This document shows, piece by piece, positions 34,751 to 42,920 of a DNA stretch of 64,000 bases. The stretch lies in contig CAVZDU010000002.1 in the NCBI GenBank assembly GCA_963774265.1, forward strand, positions 64,001 to 128,000, in the 5' to 3' direction. Position numbers and translations under genes: made by a program. Positions within the stretch are counted from its first letter, which is position 1, and every line of letters begins with the position of its first letter. Source of the DNA: an uncultured Chloroflexia bacterium (GTDB lineage Bacteria > Chloroflexota > Anaerolineae > CG2-30-64-16). The notes beneath the pieces are model-generated. The model worked only from the letters and a program-made list of their open reading frames with translations, ran no database searches and was not told the origin of the DNA.

Positions 34751-34837
34751 GTCGTCCGGTGGCAGCCCCGGTCTTCAAAACCGGTGTGGGGCGGTAGGCC
34801 CGGCTCAGATGAGTTCGACTCTCATCCACTCCCGCCT
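34751..34837 (+). repeat. attR-like duplicate of tRNA-Sec lacking the first 10 nt
   Basis: Matches 29932-30018 except G>A at 34764 and 34809. Confidence 0.95.
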
Positions 34838-34914
34838 ACACGCCTATTTATGCCTGTAAGCGCCTGTATTTTATGGATAGACCGGTGTGGTCCTTGAACC
34901 TTCATCTTAGGGCC

Positions 34915-34948
34915 AGACGGGGGCCGCCACCGGATGACAACCACTCCC
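34915..34948 (-). repeat. Inverted 5' half of tRNA-Sec (34 bp)
   Basis: Minus strand GGGAGTGGTTGTCATCCGGTGGCGGCCCCCGTCT matches 29922-29955 at 32 of 34 positions. Confidence 0.9.
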
Positions 34949-35243
34949 ACGAGTTGGTTGCCCTGAACCCGAACTTCCTTTGGCCTTCGAGACAACGATA
35001 ATTTTCTCAAGCGCTGCTTTTCCAGGTCATTCCACAATGTTGTACTGCTCAATATTGCACCATACAGGGCGCTGGTTGGCAAGGGTGCAAGATGTGCCGC
35101 AGCCTGCGTAATTATCCGCATCCTCATGCGTTGTGTATTGTGGCACTAGTGGCGATGGATAAATAGTGTTCCGTGCAAGACAAGACAATATAAACTACCA
35201 GAGAAGCCTGGAGGCTTCCGAGCAGGGAGGCAAAGAAGAACCA

Positions 35244-36065
35244 ATGATAGCGAGTGGATGGTTAAGTTGGCTGGCCGTCATGCTGGCGTTAGTCCTCAGC
35301 AGCGTTACAGCCGGGGGACCGGGAAAGGTATGGATGCCTTTGTTGGAGAGAGCCCCCGACCCTCCGAAGCTGGGGATCGCCGGTGCGACACCCGCACAAG
35401 TCAAGGCATTGGGCGGCAGTTGGTATCACAACTTTGGCTCGTCGCCTGAGAGCGCAGGGGGCGTCGAAGCGGTGCCGATGATATTTGGCAGGGATGTGCC
35501 ACAGAAGGTCGGCGGCAACTCGGCGTACCTGTTGGGGATGAACGAACCCGATAAGGGCGGGGGGGCAAACCTGACGCCAGAGGAGGGCGCACAAGTCTGG
35601 CGCAAGATCGAGCTTGCGTTCCCCGATAAGTTGCTGGTATCGCCACAGCCAAGCCATGAAGACCCGGAATGGTTAGTGCGCTTCCGGGAGGCGTACAGGG
35701 CCGCGTATGGGCGGTGGCCCAGGTTGGACGGCCTGGCGATGCACTGCTACATCCCGGAACCAGGGGGATGTATCGCCTTAGGGCAGAAGTATGTAGGATG
35801 GGCGCGAGCCTGGGGTGTGGGCCAAATCTGGGTGACCGAATTCTCTTATTTGCCGAAGTGGGCGCCAAATGCGGAGGCGCAGACGCGCGAGTTCGTCGCC
35901 TGGCTGGAGGCTGAACCGTTGGTGAAGCGGTACGCCCCGTGGACGTCCTACATTCGGGGCGGGGAGCCGTACTGGCCGCATACCGATCCGGGGACCAATC
36001 CGTCGCTGTTCACCGGACCGACAAGCACGGAGCTAACAGCAATGGGACGGTGGTACAAGCGGTAG
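35244..36065 (+). CDS. Secreted glycoside hydrolase, GH128/Glyco_hydro_cc-like
   Basis: Signal peptide, VPMIFG, LLGMNEPD, AMHCY, IWVTEF. Confidence 0.78.
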   Translation: MIASGWLSWLAVMLALVLSSVTAGGPGKVWMPLLERAPDPPKLGIAGATPAQVKALGGSWYHNFGSSPESAGGVEAVPMIFGRDVPQKVGGNSAYLLGMNEPDKGGGANLTPEEGAQVWRKIELAFPDKLLVSPQPSHEDPEWLVRFREAYRAAYGRWPRLDGLAMHCYIPEPGGCIALGQKYVGWARAWGVGQIWVTEFSYLPKWAPNAEAQTREFVAWLEAEPLVKRYAPWTSYIRGGEPYWPHTDPGTNPSLFTGPTSTELTAMGRWYKR

Positions 36066-36104
36066 GACGCGCCAATCCTTGAAAGGCCAATTATGCGAAA
36101 TGAC

Positions 36105-36274
36105 TTGACAACGCGGCGCACCTCGTGATAGGGTAGTGCCGAACTTCTAAAGAGATGCCGGGGCAAGTGCGGAAACACTCACCCCGGCAGGCGCAACAGT
36201 GGTGTAAGCACTGAGAGCCAAGGGCGATTATACAAGGCGCTCGTGCTAGACCGCAAGGTTGCACGAGCGTTTCT
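36105..36274 (+). ncRNA. Putative structured leader/attenuator RNA with promoter, copy B
   Basis: TTGACA-18-TAGGGT, hairpin 36156-36189, AGGCGCAA, hairpin 36197-36213, GCGATTATA, terminator-like hairpin 36237-36274. Confidence 0.65.
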
Positions 36275-36295
36275 CATCCCGCCTGTCCCCGTTGC

Positions 36296-38095
36296 GTGAA
36301 ACCCATAAGGATGCAAATGAGCGCGATCACCGGCCCGCACATCATCAATGGCGCCGGCCCCTGGCTGGACAGGCTCAAACGGTTGCAGCCCAGTCTGGCC
36401 CTCTTCCTGGACCCCAACGTTGACGATGTACGCGCCTTTGGAAAGGCCTGCCCGAACACCGTCACCGTCGGCCGCATCTATGTACCGGATAGCGAAGTCG
36501 ACAGCCGAATCCGGGCCAACCCAGAGGAAGCCGCCCAATGGGCGCATAATCTTGTCATGGCCCACCCCGCGCGCAGCGTCATCGACTACTGGCAAGTCGC
36601 GAACGAGGTGCTTCAGTTCTCGGACGGCCTGCCACTCCTGAGCCGCTTTGAGCTGCGACGCATGCAACTCGCCGATGCCCCGGGCTACAAGTGCGGCATT
36701 CTGGCCTTCAGTGTGGGCCAACCCGATATGCCGGTTACTGATCGTATGGCACTCTGGCGCCAGGTCTACCCGGCGCTGGAGTACGCCGAGGCTCACAGCC
36801 ACATCCTGCTGCTCCACCAGTACGGGGCACCGGATCTGTGGGGGCCAGCCGCCAAGGGTGGGGCAGATTGGTTGATCGACCGCTACCAGAAGCAGGTTCT
36901 GCCCCGATTGCCGTTCTCACGCCTCAAGGCCGCTGTGGTCGAGACCGGCATCGACGGCCTACTGCTGGATGGCCTGGAGAGTAGTGCCCTTCAGGCTTTC
37001 GGTGAACCAGAAGAGTTCGGCGTTGGCGTCTGGACCCCACCCAAGGATCCCTACTTCAAAGTCGAGGAGGCTATGCCTGGAGAGCTGTCCCTGGCCGCCG
37101 GACCGGCCGGCTGGATGAAGTTCACCACGGCGACCGACTACGCCCAACAACTCATTAGCATCGGCCTTTACCACGAGCAGTGGGCCGACCGCATCATCGG
37201 CTACGCCGTGTTCACTCTCGGGCATAACTCGCCTTGGAGCACTTACGACATAGGCGAACAGGGCAACTCGAACGACGTTCTCGGCCTGTTGGCCGCCTAC
37301 TATGAACAGGCCGGCCCGGTGACTCCGGAGCCGCCCACTGGAGGAGCTGTGGAAACGAAAATCTTCGACAAGGACGGCACCGAACGCGACGCCAACTGGC
37401 TGAAAACGAACTACGGAACCGTTATCGTGCCGGCTGCAATGACCAGCGGTTTGAAGTTCATCCTGGCCAAAATCCAGGTCACCGAAGGCCCCGCCACGCT
37501 CATCGTGCGGGTGAATAACGCAGCCAATAACCAGCCGCTGGCCCAACAAGCTGTGGCCTTCTCCTGGCCGGACGCGCCCACCGATCTGACGACCGACGCG
37601 GCGTCCGTCTTCAAAACCCTTTTCAAGCCCCGCGCCAACGTCCAGTGGACTGACAGCAACGGCGTCACCGGCTTTGGTCTGGGGACCGGCAGCTATATCT
37701 ACGACGCCAACACGGGGGGTCCACACGCTGTCTGGTTGCTGCACAACCTATACCCGTCCGACGCACTAGATAAGCTCGGCATGTTGGCCGGCACAGAACA
37801 TCGCGGCCCACTGGACCTGACCTTCGTGCTGGCCAATGCCGAGATCGTTGTTCAACCGGCTGACCTGGAACAAACCATCCGCGACGCAACCTGGCAGAAG
37901 GTCGGTGTGCCCTTTAATCCGGACGCCGCGTTCCCTAAGTATGCCCGGGCGCACGGCCTGGGTTCACCCGTACCCGGCACCGGCGAGTTCGACATCCGCA
38001 TCAACGGTGTCGACTATCGCGTTCAGCCCTTCGTGGGCGGCATCGTCTATTGCGTGATCGGCGATTGGGGCAACGTCAAACACATGCAGTGGTAA
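36296..38095 (+). CDS. Hypothetical protein, possible clan-A glycoside-hydrolase barrel plus C-terminal cell-wall-binding-like module
   Basis: 599-aa ORF with strong codon bias; WQVANEV, LHQYG and VETGID resemble clan GH-A motifs. Confidence 0.6.
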   Translation: MKPIRMQMSAITGPHIINGAGPWLDRLKRLQPSLALFLDPNVDDVRAFGKACPNTVTVGRIYVPDSEVDSRIRANPEEAAQWAHNLVMAHPARSVIDYWQVANEVLQFSDGLPLLSRFELRRMQLADAPGYKCGILAFSVGQPDMPVTDRMALWRQVYPALEYAEAHSHILLLHQYGAPDLWGPAAKGGADWLIDRYQKQVLPRLPFSRLKAAVVETGIDGLLLDGLESSALQAFGEPEEFGVGVWTPPKDPYFKVEEAMPGELSLAAGPAGWMKFTTATDYAQQLISIGLYHEQWADRIIGYAVFTLGHNSPWSTYDIGEQGNSNDVLGLLAAYYEQAGPVTPEPPTGGAVETKIFDKDGTERDANWLKTNYGTVIVPAAMTSGLKFILAKIQVTEGPATLIVRVNNAANNQPLAQQAVAFSWPDAPTDLTTDAASVFKTLFKPRANVQWTDSNGVTGFGLGTGSYIYDANTGGPHAVWLLHNLYPSDALDKLGMLAGTEHRGPLDLTFVLANAEIVVQPADLEQTIRDATWQKVGVPFNPDAAFPKYARAHGLGSPVPGTGEFDIRINGVDYRVQPFVGGIVYCVIGDWGNVKHMQW

Positions 38096-38099
38096 ACTC

Positions 38100-39992
38100 G
38101 TGGCCCTGCGGAGTGCATCGTTGAATTCATCAAACTCCTCTTCGCCCGGTCAGAAGCCATCGTCGCCGGCCAGCCGCCTGAGAACCCAGGTGCGGGAGTT
38201 CTGGGAGGCGCTGCGCAATACGCCGGAAGCGTTCCGCCTGGTGTGGTCGGCCAGCCGCCGCGCAGCCCTGGCGGGAATAGGACTGACGCTGATCGCGGCC
38301 GTCCTGCCCGCAGGGCAGGCGTGGGTAGGCAAGCTGATCGTCGATGCCATCGTCAGCGCGATCGGCCAGGGCATGGAGCCGGTCGCCGGGCTCCGCTTTG
38401 TCCTGCCTTACCTGGCGCTGGAGTTCGCCCTGCTGCTGATCAGCTCAATCACGAGCCAGGTGCGCAATCTTTTCGATCGCGTGCTCCAATCGCAGCTCAC
38501 CAACCACGTCAACAGCCTCATCATCAACAAGGCGATCGGCCTGGACCTGCAGTTCTTCGAAGACCCGATCTTCTACGATATGCTGCAGAATGCGCGGCGC
38601 CAGGCCGACACCAGCGCGCTCAGTATCGTCAACTCCACACTCCAGATGGCGCAACAGGTCATCACGCTGGTGTCGCTGGTCGCCCTTCTGGTGCGGTTCA
38701 GCCCGTGGCTCGCGGTCATCGTCTTCGTGTCCGCGATTCCGGCCTTCCTCTCACAATCCCAATACGCGGAGCGCGCGTTTCGCGCGGTCAGCCGCCGCGC
38801 GCCCGAATCCCGGCTTCTGAACTACCTGGAAATGCTACTGACAGGCAACGACACCGTGAAGGAGATCAAGCTCTTTGGACTGGGCAAACCGTTGCTCAAG
38901 CGCTACCAGGAGCTCTTCACGCAGTTCTACCTGGAGGACCTCGCCATCTCCCAGCGGCGCACGCTCGCGGGGTTGGTCTGGGGCCTGTTGTCCAACCTGG
39001 CCTACTACGGCAGCTATGCCTGGATTGTCCTGCGCACGGTCGCGGGCCGCATCACCCTGGGCGACATGACGATGTTCCTGGGCATCTTCCGGCAGTCCCA
39101 GAGCTCGATCCGTTCGCTGCTCGACAGCTTGAACCGCCTCTACGAGAGCAACCTGTACCTCGACAATTTGCTCGACTATCTGAAGCTGCAGCCGCTGCTG
39201 GTCGCGCCGGCGAACGGCCTCACCGTGCCCGCACCGATCCGCCAGGGAATCGAGTTCCGGAACGTCTCCTTCTGTTACCCCGGGTCCGACACCTTTGTAT
39301 TGCGAAATATCAACCTGCACATTCAGCCCAGCGAGCGCATCGCGTTGGTCGGCTTGAACGGCGCAGGCAAGACGACGCTGATCAAGCTACTCACGCGGCT
39401 CTATGACCCGACCGAGGGCCAAATTCTGCTCGATGGCGTGGACCTGCGCGAGTACGACCTGACGAGCCTCCACCAGTGCTTCGGCGTTATTTTCCAGGAC
39501 TTCGTGCGCTACCAGTTCACGGTGCGAGAGAACATCGGCTTCGGTCAGGTGGATGCGCTCGATGACCTCGATCGGATCAAGGATGCGGCGGACCGCGGGG
39601 GCGCCGACTCGATCGTCGAGAAGATGCCCAAGGGTTACGACACTATGCTGGGGCGGCGCTGGGAAAAGGGCCAGGAGCTGTCGGGCGGGCAGTGGCAGAA
39701 GATCGCGCTGGCTCGCGCGTTCATGCGGAAAGCCGAGGTGCTCGTATTAGACGAGCCGACTTCTGCCCTGGACGCAGAGGCGGAATATGAAGTATTCCGG
39801 CGCTTCGGCGAGCTGATGGAAGGCCGCATCGCCGTGCTGATTTCGCACCGCTTCTCGACCGTGCGCATGGCGGACCGGATCGTGGTGTTATCGGCAGGCA
39901 AAATCCTGGAGCTGGGCAGTCACGCGGCGTTAATGTCGCTGGACGGCGCGTATGCGCGGTTGTTTAATTTGCAGGCGGAAGGGTATCGATAG
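38100..39992 (+). CDS. ABC transporter, fused permease/ATP-binding protein
   Basis: TM domain, GLNGAGKT, LSGGQWQKIALARA, LVLDEPT, ISHR. Confidence 0.95.
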   Translation: MALRSASLNSSNSSSPGQKPSSPASRLRTQVREFWEALRNTPEAFRLVWSASRRAALAGIGLTLIAAVLPAGQAWVGKLIVDAIVSAIGQGMEPVAGLRFVLPYLALEFALLLISSITSQVRNLFDRVLQSQLTNHVNSLIINKAIGLDLQFFEDPIFYDMLQNARRQADTSALSIVNSTLQMAQQVITLVSLVALLVRFSPWLAVIVFVSAIPAFLSQSQYAERAFRAVSRRAPESRLLNYLEMLLTGNDTVKEIKLFGLGKPLLKRYQELFTQFYLEDLAISQRRTLAGLVWGLLSNLAYYGSYAWIVLRTVAGRITLGDMTMFLGIFRQSQSSIRSLLDSLNRLYESNLYLDNLLDYLKLQPLLVAPANGLTVPAPIRQGIEFRNVSFCYPGSDTFVLRNINLHIQPSERIALVGLNGAGKTTLIKLLTRLYDPTEGQILLDGVDLREYDLTSLHQCFGVIFQDFVRYQFTVRENIGFGQVDALDDLDRIKDAADRGGADSIVEKMPKGYDTMLGRRWEKGQELSGGQWQKIALARAFMRKAEVLVLDEPTSALDAEAEYEVFRRFGELMEGRIAVLISHRFSTVRMADRIVVLSAGKILELGSHAALMSLDGAYARLFNLQAEGYR

Positions 39993-40082
39993 CGCGACTC
40001 TCTGCCTTCCTCGTTTGTGGTATACTTGCACTCCGCATGGCAGTGTGGCCTGCACCAACGTTATCCTGTACCGAGGTGGCAG

Positions 40083-42902
40083 GTGGGCACCACTCCCCCA
40101 TTCGTTGACCGTGACCTTGAGATGGCACGCCTCGATGCGTGGCTCGGCGAGGCATTGGCCGGACATGGCCTCGCCGGCTTCGTGGCCGGCGAGGCAGGCG
40201 CGGGCAAAACTGCGCTGATGGCCGAGTTCGCGCGGCGCGCCCAAGTGCGACACAGCACTTTATTGGTCGCCTCGGGTAGCTGCGACGCGCCCACCGGGGT
40301 GGGCGATGCATTCTTGCCCTTCCGTGAAGTCCTCGCTCTGCTCATCGGCGATGTGGATGCCGGGCTCGCGAGCGGAGCCATCAACGAGGCCAACGCCGAG
40401 CGCTTGCGCCGGGTCGTCGCTCGCTCCACCGAGATCCTCCTGGAGGTGGGTCTGGAGCTGGTCGGTGCATTCGTACCCATGGGAGGTCTCATCGCCGCGC
40501 TGGCCCGGCTGGCTAAGAAGTCCACTGGGCTCGATAAAAAACTCGCAGATTTGAGTGAACGCCAACGTCCCGGCAGCACTGCGCCCGCTGCCGCGCCGGA
40601 GCAGATTTTCGAGCAGTACCTGGCGTTCCTGCGCAAGTTGTCCGCCGAGCAGCCGCTCGTGATCCTATTTGACGATCTTCACTGGGGCGACAGTTCGTCG
40701 ATCAGTCTGCTTTTCCACATCGCCCGCCGCATCGAATCTTATCCGATTCTGCTCGTCGGTTCCTTCCGCCCAAGTGAGATCGAGCTTGGCAGGGGGGGCC
40801 AACGTCACCCGCTCGAAAAGATGTTGGCCGAGCTTAAGCGCTACACTGGTGAAACCACGATAGACCTGGACCAAACGGCTCGCTCGGGCGCGCGCACATT
40901 CGTGGATGCTTTTCTCGACTCCGAGATGAGCGGCTTAGGCTTCGACTTCCGGCGCATGCTCGCAGAACGAACCCGAGGTAATCCGCTCTTCGTCGTGGAA
41001 ATGCTGAGCACCCTGCGGGAGCGCGGCGCCGTCGCCCAGACGCCCGACGGCAGATGGACCGTCGACCCCACCCTTGATTGGGACGCACTGCCGACGCGCG
41101 TGGAGGGGGTTGTCGAGGAGCGCATCGGCCGGCTTACGACTGAACTGCGCAGGATCCTTACGGTGGCAAGCGTGGAGGGCGAGCAGTTCACCGCGGAGAT
41201 CCTGGCGCGGCTCCAACGTGTGGATGAACGCGACCTCGTGCGCCAACTGAGTGACGAGCTGGCGCGGCGGCACCGCCTGGTCGAGGCGACCGGCATGGAG
41301 CGTATCGGGGCTCAACGGCTCTCACTGTACCGCTTCACGCATCGTCCCGTGCAGACCTACCTGCACCGATCGCTAGACCGTATCGAGCGCGCCTATTTAC
41401 ACGAGGACGTCGCCCGGGTGCTCGAGGAGTTCTACGGCGACCGACTGGATGACATCGCCTTGCAGCTGGCGCATCACTACATGGAAGCGGGGTTGGTCAT
41501 CCAAGCCGCGCACTATCTTCGCAGTGCGGGCGAAGTAGCTGCCTCGCGCTACGCCCACGTAGAGGCGGCGGATCTATTCGGCCAGGCGCTCAGCCTTACA
41601 CCCAACGGCGACACAGCAAGCCAGTTCTCCCTGCTCCTGGTACTCGAAACCGCGCACCAGTGGCAGGGCAAGCGGCAGGAACAGGCCGAGGATCTGGCAG
41701 CCCTGGCCGCCCTGGCCGAGCGAATGGGTGATCCACGCGGCATAGCCGAGGTGCATCTACGTCGCGCGGAGCACGCCCGGCTGACCGGCCACTATCCCGA
41801 GGCACTGGATCAAGCGGAGCAAGCGGTGGCCGCAGCAGTGAAGGCAGCCGCGAAGGACCTGGAAGCACGCTCTTACGGGCTTTGGGGCCGTATACTACTT
41901 CAACAAGACAGCTACACAGAAGCGGAGGAATGGCTTCGGCTGGCGATTGAGATGGGGAAAGCCAATGGACAGCTCGAGGTGGCCGCGCGCGCACAATACG
42001 ATCTCGGCAATACTGCATTCTCGGTCAGCCACTTCATCGAAGCCCAGACTCGTTTCGCGACTGCCACGAACCTGTACCGCGATCTGGGCGACCGCCGCGG
42101 CCTGGTCGCTTGCCTTCAAATGTCCGGGGCAGTTAAGCGCAGGCTCGGCGATTATGTGGCCTCAATGAATGAACTAGAAGAAGCGCTTAGGATGTGCCGA
42201 GACCTCGGTTGGCGGCACCAGGAAGCCTACGCGTTAGGCGCGCTTGGCGACACCGCATTGGATTTGGGCCAGTACCCGACAGCCGCTCGTTGGCACGATC
42301 AATGCCTGGTCGTGTGTCGTGAGGTCGAGGATTGGGAGGGTGAGGCGATCAGTCTGTACACGCTCGGCTCGATTCTCCACCGACTGGGTCAGCCGATCGA
42401 AGCGGCAGCCCTGTTCAAGCAATCGCTGGAAGTCCTCGAGCGGATCCAATACCGCAGAGGCATAGGCTATGCAGTGACTTATCTAGGCCTGGCGCTGCTT
42501 GACGCAGGCCAACCCGCGGAAGCGCTGACCGCACTAGAGCGGGCGCTCGCTGTCCGGACAGAGCTAGATCCAGACAGCGGAACCCTGGCCGATACCTTTG
42601 GTGGCCTGGCCTCCGCGGCCCTTGCCCTGGGCGACAGGGCTGCGGCCCAGAGATATGCTCGGAACGCCCTGGCCGCACTCGAGGCGGCCGGGGAAGATGC
42701 AGTCGAATATCCCGCGCAAGTCTACTGGCAGTGCTATCAGGTGCTCCGCGCGGAGGATGTGGCCGACCCCGCGGCCAGACAAGCTCTCGAGCGCGGCCGA
42801 GCCTGGATCCAGAGACAAGCGGCGCGCATCCACGATGATACGCTGCGCGCCAGCTTCCTGCAGAATGTGCCCTTCAACGCGGCACTCCGAACCGCCAGGT
42901 GA
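40083..42902 (+). CDS. STAND-like AAA ATPase with TPR repeats
   Basis: PFVDRD, GEAGAGKT (Walker A), ILFDDLHWGD (Walker B), TRGNPLFV, TPR-like helical C-terminus. Start chosen at a GTG after an RBS-like GAGGTG. Confidence 0.88.
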   Translation: MGTTPPFVDRDLEMARLDAWLGEALAGHGLAGFVAGEAGAGKTALMAEFARRAQVRHSTLLVASGSCDAPTGVGDAFLPFREVLALLIGDVDAGLASGAINEANAERLRRVVARSTEILLEVGLELVGAFVPMGGLIAALARLAKKSTGLDKKLADLSERQRPGSTAPAAAPEQIFEQYLAFLRKLSAEQPLVILFDDLHWGDSSSISLLFHIARRIESYPILLVGSFRPSEIELGRGGQRHPLEKMLAELKRYTGETTIDLDQTARSGARTFVDAFLDSEMSGLGFDFRRMLAERTRGNPLFVVEMLSTLRERGAVAQTPDGRWTVDPTLDWDALPTRVEGVVEERIGRLTTELRRILTVASVEGEQFTAEILARLQRVDERDLVRQLSDELARRHRLVEATGMERIGAQRLSLYRFTHRPVQTYLHRSLDRIERAYLHEDVARVLEEFYGDRLDDIALQLAHHYMEAGLVIQAAHYLRSAGEVAASRYAHVEAADLFGQALSLTPNGDTASQFSLLLVLETAHQWQGKRQEQAEDLAALAALAERMGDPRGIAEVHLRRAEHARLTGHYPEALDQAEQAVAAAVKAAAKDLEARSYGLWGRILLQQDSYTEAEEWLRLAIEMGKANGQLEVAARAQYDLGNTAFSVSHFIEAQTRFATATNLYRDLGDRRGLVACLQMSGAVKRRLGDYVASMNELEEALRMCRDLGWRHQEAYALGALGDTALDLGQYPTAARWHDQCLVVCREVEDWEGEAISLYTLGSILHRLGQPIEAAALFKQSLEVLERIQYRRGIGYAVTYLGLALLDAGQPAEALTALERALAVRTELDPDSGTLADTFGGLASAALALGDRAAAQRYARNALAALEAAGEDAVEYPAQVYWQCYQVLRAEDVADPAARQALERGRAWIQRQAARIHDDTLRASFLQNVPFNAALRTAR

Positions 42903-42920
42903 GCAAATTTCCACCCGGTT

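Noticed and set aside
34751-34837. Second functional tRNA-Sec gene
   Set aside because: The 5' acceptor strand is missing and the D stem has a C-A mismatch.
36150-36274. Known riboswitch (c-di-GMP-I/II, c-di-AMP, T-box)
   Set aside because: The consensus nucleotides I know for these families are not recognisable; kept as an unknown motif pending an Rfam search.
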